Positions 39,252 through 49,426 of a DNA stretch of 64,000 nucleotides are shown here, piece after piece. The translations under genes were made by a program, and so were the position numbers. Below the pieces are notes generated by a model. That model saw only the letters and a list, made by a program, of their open reading frames with translations, was not told the origin of the DNA and ran no database searches. Location: sequence record SRR31156797_1282; one strand, given 5' to 3'. Numbering within the stretch: the stretch's first letter is position 1; every line of letters starts with the position of its first letter.

Positions 39252-39271
39252 AAAAAAAAAAAAAAAAAAAA
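39252..39271. repeat. A20 homopolymer
   Basis: 20 consecutive A about 145 bp upstream of the cotH-like start codon. Confidence 0.9.
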
Positions 39272-39425
39272 CAATGCCGCAGAGATAATTATATACCTTT
39301 CTAAACCCAATTTCACTTGATTTAATGTATATATTCTAAAAACCATAAAAATCAGGCAAGAAATAATATTTGAGGTACCATGATCAATGTGAAAAGTTGA
39401 AATATTTGAGTTACTATGAGATAAA

Positions 39426-40198
39426 CTAAATCCTAAACGGTAATTTTCGTTGGTACTCAAACCCAATCCCCTCATACCACACACCCGTCAAAAACAAACC
39501 TTCTGGGTCCACAGACATTCCTGCTTTACGGCGATCTTTGGCATCAAAAATGGCTTGAAGATCGTTTAAGTTGCGTTTTCCAAGTCCAATCTCCAACATG
39601 GTCCCAGTAAGTGACCGGACCATATTGCGAAGGAAACGGTCTGCTTTTATTCTATAAACGAGCAAATCTTCAGTTTCTATCCATTCACTCTCTGAAACAT
39701 GGCAAATATTGGTTTTATTAGCTGCATTTGCTTTACAAAAGCTTTCGAAATCAGAGTTTTGTTGAATAATGTTTGCCGCTGCTTTCAATAATTCAACATT
39801 AGGAAATTGAATTAACCTGTGTGCAAATCGATTTAAAAATGGATGATGGTTTCTGGAGAAAAATAATGGTACTCACGAGCTATTGCATCAAATCGGGCAT
39901 GCTTTTCTTTATCAACTTCCTTCATTTCATACACAGAAATATTGGCAGGTAATACTGCATTTAAATGGTACAGAAACTTTCCAAAATCGCCGATTGCTTT
40001 TGCTACATCAAAATGCAAAACATAGTAACTGGCATGCACTCCGGTATCGGTTCTTCCACAACCAACCACATTCAGTTCTTGCTGCAGAATTTTCCCAATA
40101 CTTTCATTCAAAACCTGCTGCACAGTAATGGCGTTGGGCTGAATTTGCCAACCGTGATAATTAGTACCGTCGTATGCCAAGCTTAGGAAATATCGCAT
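39426..40198 (-). pseudogene. truA: Second truA copy split by a 1-bp deletion (possibly a sequencing error)
   Basis: Two ORFs match the two halves of 16878-17654. Adding one base to the A5 run at 39859-39863 restores EYHYFFSRNHHPFLNRFAHRL, collinear with the intact copy. Confidence 0.9.
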
Positions 40199-40220
40199 TA
40201 TCCAGAAGTTTATTGTATTG

Positions 40221-40252
40221 CAAGATTAGTTAAAGTTTTTGGAATGGGCAAA
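40221..40252 (-). promoter_or_regulatory. Putative promoter of the second truA copy: TTTG-N20-TAATCTTG
   Basis: CAAGATTAGTTAAAGTTTTTGGAATGG is identical to 17679-17705. Confidence 0.6.
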
Positions 40253-40390
40253 GGTTTTACTCCAAGCGAAGACCTCATTATTTGAACTAATCGAAAATTT
40301 CGAATAGTTTCATAAGAATGCAAGCGACAAGATAATCACGAAGTAAGTTTTAATCGTTTAAGAAGATTTTGAAAAAAACAATCACCCGCA

Positions 40391-40451
40391 ATCCCAATTT
40401 TTATGAAATTTTTGGAGTACAATTCCCAAATTTTTATAAAATTTTGGGAAT
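40391..40451. repeat. Two tandem imperfect palindromes
   Basis: ATCCCAATTTTTATGAAATTTTTGGA and ATTCCCAAATTTTTATAAAATTTTGGGAAT. Confidence 0.65.
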
Positions 40452-40522
40452 AGGTAAAGATTTTGTTAGTTGGAGCCCGATTGTTTAATGGAAAAAGATT
40501 TTCGATTAATTCAGCAGCTACA

Positions 40523-40603
40523 AGTCTCGGCGTGTTTATTTAATTAAATCTGCAAAAAACAATTAAAGCAACGTACTACTTATTAGCAAAACACACCGAG
40601 ACT
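40523..40603. repeat. REP/MITE-like inverted-repeat element; inverted relative of 12712-12794
   Basis: AGTCTCGGCGTGTTT ... AAACACACCGAGACT. Confidence 0.8.
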
Positions 40604-40867
40604 GGCAATTAGACTAGACCGTTCGTTTCGATTCGCTCAATCCAACGCAAAAAACAACTCAACGAACTCCGGCAGAGAATCGAGGGTTTCGCTATACGCT
40701 AAGACCTCGTTATCGGCAAAAACCACGGAAACCTTTTATGTTTCTATAACGCAATTGGTTTTCACTATTAACAAACCTCATTCAACATCCAAAATCCCAA
40801 ATACATACCCCGTTAAAATTTGGTTAAAATTAGTTTTAATTCCGTACCACTTCCTAAACTATTGCGT

Positions 40868-40875
40868 TACTTTTG
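40868..40875 (+). promoter_or_regulatory. -7 element TACTTTTG for the moxR-bat operon
   Basis: TAnnTTTG 35 bp upstream of the ATG at 40911. Confidence 0.55.
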
Positions 40876-40910
40876 TGTCTGAAAAAATAAGAAATACAAA
40901 ATCTGGATTT

Positions 40911-41906
40911 ATGGATACAACAACCAACATCAGAGAACTCAATGAGCGAATTAAAGAGGAAAGTTCTTTCGTTGAGATGGTAACTATGGAAATGAACAAG
41001 GTAATCGTAGGTCAAAAACACCTTGTAGAGAGTCTTTTGATTGGATTATTATCTGACGGGCACATCTTGCTCGAAGGTGTACCAGGACTAGCAAAAACAC
41101 TGGCCATAAGCACACTGGCAACAACAACAGAAGCGGGCTTCAGTCGCATCCAGTTTACACCAGACTTGCTACCTGCTGACCTCATTGGTACAATGATTTA
41201 CAGTCAGAAAAAAGAGCAGTTTGAAGTTAAAAAAGGTCCTATTTTCAACAACTTTATCTTAGCTGATGAGATCAACCGTGCTCCTGCAAAGGTTCAAAGT
41301 GCGCTATTAGAAGCCATGCAAGAGAAACAAGTAACTATTGGTGAAAATACATTTAAACTGGAAAAACCTTTCCTTGTATTAGCGACACAAAACCCGATAG
41401 AACAGGAAGGTACATATCCATTACCTGAAGCACAAATGGACCGTTTCATGCTGAAAGCTGTTATTCATTATCCAAAATATGATGAAGAGAAACGCATCAT
41501 GCGTGAAAACTTGCAAAAAGAATTCCCTACAGCCAATCAGGTAATCACCAAAGAGGCCATCGTAAAAGCCCGTGATGTGGTTAAGGATGTATATATCGAC
41601 GAAAAAATTGAGCAGTACATTTTAGATATCGTATTTGCTACACGTAATCCTGAAGATTACAAACTGGAATCATTGAAAGAGATGATTAGCTATGGAGGTT
41701 CGCCTCGTGCAAGTATTAACCTTGCTAAAGCAGCCAAAGCATATGCTTTTATCAAGCGTAGAGGTTATGTAGTTCCTGAAGATGTGCGCGCTATTTGTCA
41801 TGATGTAATGCGTCATCGTATTGGTTTAACATACCAGGCTGAAGCTGAAGAGCTAACCACTGATGATATCATTAATCAAATATTGAATACTGTTGAGGTG
41901 CCATAG
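40911..41906 (+). CDS. moxR: MoxR family AAA+ ATPase
   Basis: LEGVPGLAKT, RIQFTPDLLPAD, DEINRAPAKVQSALLE, ATQNPIE; start placed at MDTTTNI. Confidence 0.95.
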   Translation: MDTTTNIRELNERIKEESSFVEMVTMEMNKVIVGQKHLVESLLIGLLSDGHILLEGVPGLAKTLAISTLATTTEAGFSRIQFTPDLLPADLIGTMIYSQKKEQFEVKKGPIFNNFILADEINRAPAKVQSALLEAMQEKQVTIGENTFKLEKPFLVLATQNPIEQEGTYPLPEAQMDRFMLKAVIHYPKYDEEKRIMRENLQKEFPTANQVITKEAIVKARDVVKDVYIDEKIEQYILDIVFATRNPEDYKLESLKEMISYGGSPRASINLAKAAKAYAFIKRRGYVVPEDVRAICHDVMRHRIGLTYQAEAEELTTDDIINQILNTVEVP

Positions 41907-41963
41907 TAGATTCGAAAATGGCATTAATCTAAAAATTCAGTATTAACTTAAATTGGAGCTATT

Positions 41964-42833
41964 GTGGAAACGCAAGATATATTAAAAAAGGTACGACATA
42001 TTGAGATCAAAACCCGCGGATTATCTAAGCAGGTTTTTGCCGGAGAATACCATTCTGCCTTCAAAGGTAAGGGGATGACATTCAGCGAGGTGCGAGAATA
42101 TCAATATGGCGATGCCATTCGTGATGTAGACTGGAATGTTACAGCCCGTTTCAATCATCCTTACGTGAAGGTATTCGAAGAAGAAAGAGAATTGACTGTG
42201 ATGCTATTAATAGACATTAGTGGTTCAAAGGATTTTGGGACAAAGTCAACATTTAAGCGTGAATTTATAGCAGAGTTGGCTGCCGTACTTTCATTTTCAG
42301 CCATTCAAAATAACGACAAAATTGGAGTGATACTTTTCAGCAGTAAAATTGAAAAATTCATTCCTCCTCAAAAAGGACGTAAACATATCTTGCGTATTAT
42401 TTCGGAATTATTGCGATTTAAACCGGAAGAGACTGGCACTAACATCAGTTTGGCGTTGGAATACCTTACCGGAGTAATCAAAAAGCGAAGTACCACATTC
42501 CTCATCTCCGATTTTATAGACAAAAGCTTCGATAATGCTATTATGATTGCCAATAAAAAACATGATGTAGCAGCTTTACGTGTATTTGATCCGGGTGAAA
42601 TGGTATTACCTTCTATTGGTATCATTGAGTTGGTTGATCCGGAAACAGGTCAATTAAAAACAGTTGATACATCGAATCGGCGAAACAGGGAAAAATTTGC
42701 CCAATGGTGGAAAGAGCTTGAAACATATCAAACCACCACCTTTAAAAAATCAGGTGTAGATACTGTCAATTTGTCAATTGATGAAGATTATGTACAACCT
42801 TTGGTTAAGTTTTTCAAAAAACGATCAATGTAA
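41964..42833 (+). CDS. DUF58 / vWA protein
   Basis: GEYHSAFKGKGMTFSEVREYQYGD..RD.DWNVTAR, DISGS, ISDF. Confidence 0.92.
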   Translation: METQDILKKVRHIEIKTRGLSKQVFAGEYHSAFKGKGMTFSEVREYQYGDAIRDVDWNVTARFNHPYVKVFEEERELTVMLLIDISGSKDFGTKSTFKREFIAELAAVLSFSAIQNNDKIGVILFSSKIEKFIPPQKGRKHILRIISELLRFKPEETGTNISLALEYLTGVIKKRSTTFLISDFIDKSFDNAIMIANKKHDVAALRVFDPGEMVLPSIGIIELVDPETGQLKTVDTSNRRNREKFAQWWKELETYQTTTFKKSGVDTVNLSIDEDYVQPLVKFFKKRSM

Positions 42834-42845
42834 ACTGAGCTGAAA

Positions 42846-43832
42846 ATGATTAAAAAACTAATATATAGTCTCACTTTTATTCTTTTGTTTAGCAATAGCT
42901 GGAAAGCAAATGCACAGGCACGTGTAGAAGCTTCATTAGATACTACTATGATGCTCATTGGAGATCACATCGAATTCTCCATATCTGCTACAATTCCCGA
43001 AGGTGCAAGTGTTACTTTCCCGGTTATTCAAGACACACTGGTTGATAAAATTGAGATTTTAAGGGATTTACCTTTTGATACCATATTGAAAGACGGAGCC
43101 AAAATCATTAGAAAGCCCTGGATTATTACCAGTTTTGATTCTGGCTCATATATTATAAAACCCCGGAAAGTTGCGATAAATTATGGCCCAAATCGCACCG
43201 ATACCCTACATACCAATCCCCTTTACATGGGTGTAGTCACGTTCAATATTGATTCAACAGCTAATGCCATTGCTGACATTAAAAAACCAATTGAAACACC
43301 ATTAACTTTCAAAGAGTTTTTAAATGAGTATGCCATCTGGTATGGATTAATTATTCTTGCTTTGGCATTAATTTTTACGCTATGGTGGTATTTCAAAAAG
43401 CAACAAAAGAAAAAAGAAGCCTTGCCTGAAAAACCAAGACCAAAAGAACCACCACATGTCATTGCACTGCGCGAACTGGATGAGCTTTCAGGTAAAAAGT
43501 TATGGCAAAAAGATAAAATCAAGCTGCATTACAGTTACTTGTCAGATATTGTCCGTCAATATCTGGAATACCGATTCGATGTGCCTGCAATGGAAAACAC
43601 TACCGGATTCATAGAAGAATGGATTGAAGATCACAAAACACTAAATAAAGAGAACCTGGATAAAGTTAAAGACATACTAGAAGTTGCTGACCTCGCCAAA
43701 TTTGCCAAGTTTACACCGCTACCGGATGATAACTCACGCACACTTGATTATGCTTATCAGCTGGTAATTAGCACAAAAGAACGAATTGTAGAACCTGAGC
43801 AGCCAAAAGAAACTGAAGAAAATGAAGTTTAA
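42846..43832 (+). CDS. Bat-operon single-TM protein
   Basis: Signal peptide, TM helix, PPH.IAL.EL, RQYLE.RF, ADLAKFAK; sits between DUF58 and batA. Confidence 0.8.
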   Translation: MIKKLIYSLTFILLFSNSWKANAQARVEASLDTTMMLIGDHIEFSISATIPEGASVTFPVIQDTLVDKIEILRDLPFDTILKDGAKIIRKPWIITSFDSGSYIIKPRKVAINYGPNRTDTLHTNPLYMGVVTFNIDSTANAIADIKKPIETPLTFKEFLNEYAIWYGLIILALALIFTLWWYFKKQQKKKEALPEKPRPKEPPHVIALRELDELSGKKLWQKDKIKLHYSYLSDIVRQYLEYRFDVPAMENTTGFIEEWIEDHKTLNKENLDKVKDILEVADLAKFAKFTPLPDDNSRTLDYAYQLVISTKERIVEPEQPKETEENEV

Positions 43833-44820
43833 CGGATATACATTTGCGAACCCTGAGTATTTGTACCTATTGCTATTGCTCATACCATTAGCAGTATGGT
43901 ATATATTCAGACATCAAAAGCAGAAACCATCACTCAGAGTAAGTTCATTGGGTGCTTTTGATCAACCATATAATAAAATAAAAGTTTGGGCAAGACATAT
44001 GCTACCCATCTTAAGAGGTGTTACCATTGCAGCAGTAATATTCATCATTGCACGCCCCCAATCAACCAATAACTGGGAAAAACAGACTACAGAGGGTATT
44101 GATATCATTATGGCGCTGGATATTTCCAGCAGTATGCTTGCCCGCGACCTCCGTCCTGATCGATTACAAGCTGCCAAAGATGTAGCCATGAAGTTTGTGA
44201 ACGGACGCCCCAACGATCGCATTGGGTTGATCATCTTTAGTGGTGAAGCTTTTACACAATGCCCACTTACAACAGACCATGCCACCATGCTCAATCTATT
44301 TAAAGATGTGCAAAGTGGAATGGTAGAAGATGGTACCGCTATTGGACTTGGGTTAGCAACTGGTATTAACCGCCTCAAAGATAGCGATGCCATTAGTAAG
44401 GTTATCATTCTTTTAACTGATGGAGTAAACAACTCAGGTGAAATTGATCCGATTACAGCTTCAGAATTAGCTAAAACATTTGGAATTAGGGTTTATACTA
44501 TTGGAGTTGGATCAATGGGCACTGCACCCTATCCTGTGCAAACACCATTTGGCACTCAGTATCAGCAAATGGAAGTAGAAATTGATGAAGCAACTTTGCA
44601 GCAAATGGCTACCATGACGGATGGTAAATATTTCCGTGCCACCAGCAACAGAGCACTGGAAGAGATATATCAGCAAATTGATCAAATGGAGAAAACCAGA
44701 ATCGAAACAAAATCTTTTAGTAAAAAACAAGAAGAATATCTATGGTTTGCCATTGTAGCAGCATTAGCATTACTGTTAGAAGTAATATTAAGATCAACCA
44801 TTTTCAGAACAATGCTTTAA
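43822..44820 (+). CDS. batA: BatA vWA-domain protein
   Basis: FANPEYL, ARPQ, LDISSSM, GTAIG.GL, LLTDG, RVYTIGVG. Confidence 0.92.
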   Translation: MKFNGYTFANPEYLYLLLLLIPLAVWYIFRHQKQKPSLRVSSLGAFDQPYNKIKVWARHMLPILRGVTIAAVIFIIARPQSTNNWEKQTTEGIDIIMALDISSSMLARDLRPDRLQAAKDVAMKFVNGRPNDRIGLIIFSGEAFTQCPLTTDHATMLNLFKDVQSGMVEDGTAIGLGLATGINRLKDSDAISKVIILLTDGVNNSGEIDPITASELAKTFGIRVYTIGVGSMGTAPYPVQTPFGTQYQQMEVEIDEATLQQMATMTDGKYFRATSNRALEEIYQQIDQMEKTRIETKSFSKKQEEYLWFAIVAALALLLEVILRSTIFRTML

Positions 44821-44831
44821 AAAAATAAAAG

Positions 44832-45863
44832 ATGTTTGAATTCGGACATATACAATATTTACATTTATTATGGATCATTCCGGTGCTCATTGCCGCATTT
44901 TGGATTGTAAGAGCTTATAATAAACGACAACTCAAAAGATTTGCCACCAATGAAATGGTAAACCGCCTAGCACCAATGCGTTCACCACGAAAAATATGGT
45001 GGAAATACATCTTAATGATGCTTGCCTTAGCTATGATTATAACTGCCATAGCTCGTCCTCGTTTTGGAACTCGATATAAAGAGGTAAAGCGAGAAGGTAA
45101 AGAGTTAGTAATTGCCCTGGATGTTTCGCGAAGTATGTTGGCTACTGATATTCAACCAAACAGACTTGAACGTGCAAAAAGAGCCATTACCAAATTATTG
45201 GACCGCCTGGATCACGATAAAATCTCACTCATTGTTTTTGCTGGTGAAGCCTATACACAGTTGCCCTTAACTACCGATTATCCAGCAGCTAAAATGTTTA
45301 TTTCATCCATTGAAACAGAGATGGTTCCACAACAAGGAACTGCCATTGGAGCTGCTATTGGTCATGGCATCAACTCATTTTCTCCGGGAGAAGAAAAAAA
45401 CAAAGCTTTAGTCATCATAACTGATGGAGAGAACCATGAAGGAGATGCCATTAATAAAGCTAAAGAAGCAGCTGAAAAAGGTATTAAGGTATACACAATT
45501 GGAATGGGATTGCCACAAGGTGGACCAATACCTATTAGAGGACGAAGTAATGATTTCCACCGCGATAGAGATGGAAACGTGGTTATCACTAAACTAAATG
45601 AAGGCATGTTGCAACAAATAGCCGCAGCAGGACAAGGAACTTATATCAGAGCTAACAATATACGCTCAGGTTTGAACTCACTATTTGATGAAATTGATCA
45701 ACTGGAAAAAGCAAAAATGAAGGCTAAAGTTTATGCCGATTATGATGAACAATTTCAATTTGCAGCATGGATAGCTTTGCTTTTTCTTGTATTGGAATTT
45801 TTAATTATGGAGCGAAAAAATAAATATCTGGCCAACATAAAACTAATTAAAGATGACAAATAA
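44832..45863 (+). CDS. batB: BatB vWA-domain protein
   Basis: ARPRFG, LDVSRSM...D..PNRLERAK, ITDGENH. Confidence 0.92.
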   Translation: MFEFGHIQYLHLLWIIPVLIAAFWIVRAYNKRQLKRFATNEMVNRLAPMRSPRKIWWKYILMMLALAMIITAIARPRFGTRYKEVKREGKELVIALDVSRSMLATDIQPNRLERAKRAITKLLDRLDHDKISLIVFAGEAYTQLPLTTDYPAAKMFISSIETEMVPQQGTAIGAAIGHGINSFSPGEEKNKALVIITDGENHEGDAINKAKEAAEKGIKVYTIGMGLPQGGPIPIRGRSNDFHRDRDGNVVITKLNEGMLQQIAAAGQGTYIRANNIRSGLNSLFDEIDQLEKAKMKAKVYADYDEQFQFAAWIALLFLVLEFLIMERKNKYLANIKLIKDDK

Positions 45864-46650
45864 AATCACATATTTAACTCTATTGATAGTATTTACAACT
45901 GCCATTTCTGCTTTTGCACAATCAGAGCGGAAATATATACGCAGTGGTAACGATATTTATGGTGAAGCACTTAACGATTCGTTGCAAGTGGATAGTGTGC
46001 TTATGCAGAAAGCTGAAGTTGAATATCGTAAGGCAATAGACCGCAAACCAAGTTCATTTGAAGGTAGAAGTAACCTGGGAAACAGCCTTTACAGGCAAAA
46101 GAAGTATGATGATGCCCTTAAAGAATGGGAATCACTCACCAGTTTGAATGTTGATGAAAAGAAAAAAGGCCAATTGTATCATAATATTGGTAACGCATAC
46201 CTGATGAATAACAAACTGAAAGAGAGCATTGAAGCATATAAAAACGCATTGCGAAATTACCCCAATGATACAGCAACAAAATATAATTTAGCTTTTGCAC
46301 AAAGCAAATTGCGACAACAAGAACAGCAGCAACAACAGCAGCAGCAAAACCAGGATCAAAATCAACAACAAGATCAAAATCAAGATCAAAATCAAGATCA
46401 ACAACAGCAGCAGCAACAAGATCAACAGCAACAACAAGAACAACAAGCTCAAGAGCAGCAAGCTCAGCAGCAACAAGGACAAGAGCAACAAGCACAGGAG
46501 CAACAGGTGAAAGAAGGTGATAAAATATCAAAAGAAGATGCTGAAAGAATCTTACGTGCTTTACAAATGGACGAAAAACAATTACAGCAAAAGTTGAAGA
46601 AATTGAAAAATAAAAATAAAAACTCGAAAAAAACAGATAAGGATTGGTAG
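45853..46650 (+). CDS. batC: BatC TPR protein with Gln-rich linker
   Basis: NLGNSLY, YHNIGN, YKNALR..P.D...KYNL, Q-rich tract, A.RIL.AL...E, KDW end. Confidence 0.9.
   Translation: MTNKITYLTLLIVFTTAISAFAQSERKYIRSGNDIYGEALNDSLQVDSVLMQKAEVEYRKAIDRKPSSFEGRSNLGNSLYRQKKYDDALKEWESLTSLNVDEKKKGQLYHNIGNAYLMNNKLKESIEAYKNALRNYPNDTATKYNLAFAQSKLRQQEQQQQQQQQNQDQNQQQDQNQDQNQDQQQQQQQDQQQQQEQQAQEQQAQQQQGQEQQAQEQQVKEGDKISKEDAERILRALQMDEKQLQQKLKKLKNKNKNSKKTDKDW
46311..46506 (+). repeat. CAA/CAG low-complexity tract with 12-bp CAAGATCAAAAT units
   Basis: Encodes the poly-Q / QDQN / EQQAQ linker of BatC. Confidence 0.9.
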
Positions 46651-46780
46651 CTTCGACTCCGCTCAGCTGGGAGAAATTGGAAAGAAAAAGTAAAGACGCA
46701 AAATTTTGCGTCTCAACGAAAAGAAATTAAACCAAAATCAATGCAACCTTTGCAAATAACTTTGCGAACTTTGCGTGAAC
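46650..46780. repeat. Cluster of REP-like motifs between batC and batD
   Basis: GCTTCGACTCCGCTCAGC; perfect palindrome AGACGCAAAATTTTGCGTCT; three CTTTGC(A/G) repeats. Confidence 0.65.
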
Positions 46781-46801
46781 TTGAAAAATAAGAGATAGAA
46801 A

Positions 46802-48619
46802 ATGATAAAATACTGGATCATAGCATTACAAATATTACTGATACCATTGGCCACCCAAGCACAAAAGGTTACAGTAAAAGGAAATGCACCCACAGTTGTA
46901 AAGATGGGTGAGCGTTTTAGAATGACTTACGAAGTGAATGCTAAAACAGAAGCTCCGCATTTTAAAATACCTGAAGCATTGACAGTTTTATCAGGACCCA
47001 ACGTATCTCAACAAACTAGTTTTCAGTTTATTAATGGAAAACAAAGCTCAACATTCAATCTAACGTTTACCTATATCATGGTGGCTGATAAAGAAGGTAA
47101 ATTCACTATTCCACCTGCTACAGTTGAAGATGATGGAAAGGAATATAAATCTAATGCAATTGAAATTGAAGTAATAAAAGGAAATAAGCCCGCCCAAAAC
47201 AATAACAACCAAAATCAAACACAAGGAAGCAACAGAAATAGTCAGGTGGAAAGTGGCGGTGATAAGTTTTTTGTCAGAGTATTACTTAATCGTGATAATA
47301 TTTATCAGGGTGAACACGTAGTAGCAACCTTAAAACTTTATTCCCGTGTCAACCTGGCCGGTTTTGAAGATATTAAATTCCCTTCGTTTAGTGGATTTTT
47401 CAACCAGGAGATTGAAATGCCTCAAAATATATCACTGGAAAGAGAGAACGTAAATGGTACGATTTACAACACTGGAATTGTAAAAAAATATGTATTATTT
47501 CCACAGCGAAGCGGCAAACTCACTATTGATCCATTTGAATTGGAAGCAGTGGTCAGAGAGCGCACTAGAAGTCGTGATCCATTCGATGATTTTTTCGGCG
47601 GAAGTTACAGAAGTTATACTATAAAAGATAAAAGTCCTGCTATAACACTAAATGTAAAACCATTACCTTCTGGAGCCCCCATTTATTTTAGTGGTGCAGT
47701 GGGCAACTACAAATTGGAAACTTCCGTAGACAAAACATCGTTGAAGGCTAACGAATCTATTACATTACGAGTGAAAATTAGCGGGGAAGGAAATCTAAAG
47801 TTAATAGAAACTCCGAAACTTGATTTCCCTGGCGATTTTGAAGTGTACGATCCAAAAATCAGTCAAAATATTAATGTTTCTCCTTCCGGCTCAAGAGGTA
47901 GTATAACTTACGAATATTTACTTATTCCACGTCATGCAGGTAATTTCTCTTTAAACCCGGTAAAATTCAGCTATTTTAATCCAGCCACAAAAAAATATAA
48001 GACCCTCACCGGACAAACCTTTGAAATTAATGTTGAAAAAGGCGATGGTAATGAATCGGGTGTAGTTGTTGCAAACTATAGTAAGCAAGATGTAGCTAAT
48101 ATTGGAACTGATATTCGCTTTATTCGCACCGGAAATCTTGGACTCAAAGAAATCAATACATGGTTTTTTGGCACCTCTCTTTTCTGGTTAATTTACATGC
48201 TGGGTGCAGGCCTGGTAATCATCATCCTGCTTATCCGCAGAAAGAAAATCAAAGAAAATGCAGACCAACTCCGTATGCGAACAAAGAAAGCTAGTAAAGT
48301 AGGTAAAAAACGACTTCGCTTTGCCGCTAAGGAACTCAAAGCGGGTAATGACGGTGCTATGTATGAAGCTGTATTGAAAGCCATCTGGGGTTATTTAGCT
48401 GATAAATTAACCATAGATGCAGCATCGCTAACCAGAGATAATGTTGGAGAATTATTGAATGATAATAAAGTAGATGAAGGTATTATCGAATCGCTGATTA
48501 AGCTTTTGGATGATTGTGAATTTGCACGCTATGCCCCTTCAGCAGCGGAAAGCGATAGTAAAACAGTATACAATCAGGCAGTTGATATTATTAACAAACT
48601 CGAAAAAAATATAAAATAA
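46802..48619 (+). CDS. batD: BatD family protein
   Basis: LSGP, LFPQRSG.L.I, V.PLP, GAVG.Y, G.GN, YFNP, CEFARYAP; operon position. Confidence 0.9.
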   Translation: MIKYWIIALQILLIPLATQAQKVTVKGNAPTVVKMGERFRMTYEVNAKTEAPHFKIPEALTVLSGPNVSQQTSFQFINGKQSSTFNLTFTYIMVADKEGKFTIPPATVEDDGKEYKSNAIEIEVIKGNKPAQNNNNQNQTQGSNRNSQVESGGDKFFVRVLLNRDNIYQGEHVVATLKLYSRVNLAGFEDIKFPSFSGFFNQEIEMPQNISLERENVNGTIYNTGIVKKYVLFPQRSGKLTIDPFELEAVVRERTRSRDPFDDFFGGSYRSYTIKDKSPAITLNVKPLPSGAPIYFSGAVGNYKLETSVDKTSLKANESITLRVKISGEGNLKLIETPKLDFPGDFEVYDPKISQNINVSPSGSRGSITYEYLLIPRHAGNFSLNPVKFSYFNPATKKYKTLTGQTFEINVEKGDGNESGVVVANYSKQDVANIGTDIRFIRTGNLGLKEINTWFFGTSLFWLIYMLGAGLVIIILLIRRKKIKENADQLRMRTKKASKVGKKRLRFAAKELKAGNDGAMYEAVLKAIWGYLADKLTIDAASLTRDNVGELLNDNKVDEGIIESLIKLLDDCEFARYAPSAAESDSKTVYNQAVDIINKLEKNIK

Positions 48620-49401
48620 TGATACGCAAGCTATTCATATACTTTATACTATTTAATACAACAATTCTAAGTTTGCAGGCTGAGGAACCACAGACTGAAG
48701 AAGCACATTATCAAACCTGGATCGATTCTGCGGCACAGGCATATAAAAATCAACAATTTGAGCGTGCAGCTGAGTTTTATGAGCAAGTAATTAGTCATGG
48801 TATGGTATCTGCAGATTTGCATTACAACCTGGCCAATGCATGGTATAAGCAAGGATTGATTGCTAATGCTATATTAAACTATGAAAAAGCACTAAAATTT
48901 AATCCAGCACATGAAGATGCCCGCTTCAATTTACTTATGGCCAATAGTTTGATTACCGATAGAATTGAACCTGCACAGGTACCATTTTACAAACGCTGGT
49001 ACAAAAGCATGTGGCAATCGATGTCATTAGACGGATGGGCGACACTAAGTATTATTTTATTTTTAGTTGTTTTAGCGTCCGTATTAATATTTGTTTTCAG
49101 CAACTCAATTTTCATGAAAAAACTCATTGTTCCAGTGGGCTTTTTGGCCCTTGTAATTATGATTTTGAGTTTAACACTAGGTGGTGAAGCACGCAGCTAC
49201 ATGCAAGACACCCACAAAGCAATAGTTTTTGAACCTACATTAAATGTTAAAAGTTCTCCAGCTGAAAGTGGAACGAATCTTTTCACCATTCATGAAGGGC
49301 TTAAAGTTGAGATACGGCAACATCTTGGAGAATGGTCAGAAATAGAAATAGCTGATGGCCGTGTAGGCTGGGTACAGACGAAGACGTTTAAGAAGATATA
49401 G
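48619..49401 (+). CDS. batE: BatE TPR + SH3 protein
   Basis: YNLANA.YK...A.AILNYEKAL...P; LFTIHEGLKV, W.EI..ADGR.GWV. Confidence 0.9.
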   Translation: MIRKLFIYFILFNTTILSLQAEEPQTEEAHYQTWIDSAAQAYKNQQFERAAEFYEQVISHGMVSADLHYNLANAWYKQGLIANAILNYEKALKFNPAHEDARFNLLMANSLITDRIEPAQVPFYKRWYKSMWQSMSLDGWATLSIILFLVVLASVLIFVFSNSIFMKKLIVPVGFLALVIMILSLTLGGEARSYMQDTHKAIVFEPTLNVKSSPAESGTNLFTIHEGLKVEIRQHLGEWSEIEIADGRVGWVQTKTFKKI

Positions 49402-49426
49402 GAACTTACATTTAAGAAAATATATT

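Noticed and set aside
39170-39484. 104-aa ORF with a poly-Phe run
   Set aside because: The Phe run is just the A20 tract read on the minus strand; the ORF overlaps truA and shows no family features.
40755-40910. Longer TTG start for moxR
   Set aside because: The extension is not MoxR-like and contains the promoter-like TACTTTTG.
46136-46531. Poly-Leu, poly-Val and Asn/Ser ORFs in alternative frames
   Set aside because: They are shadows of the BatC CAA/CAG tract; Gln-rich linkers are typical of BatC.
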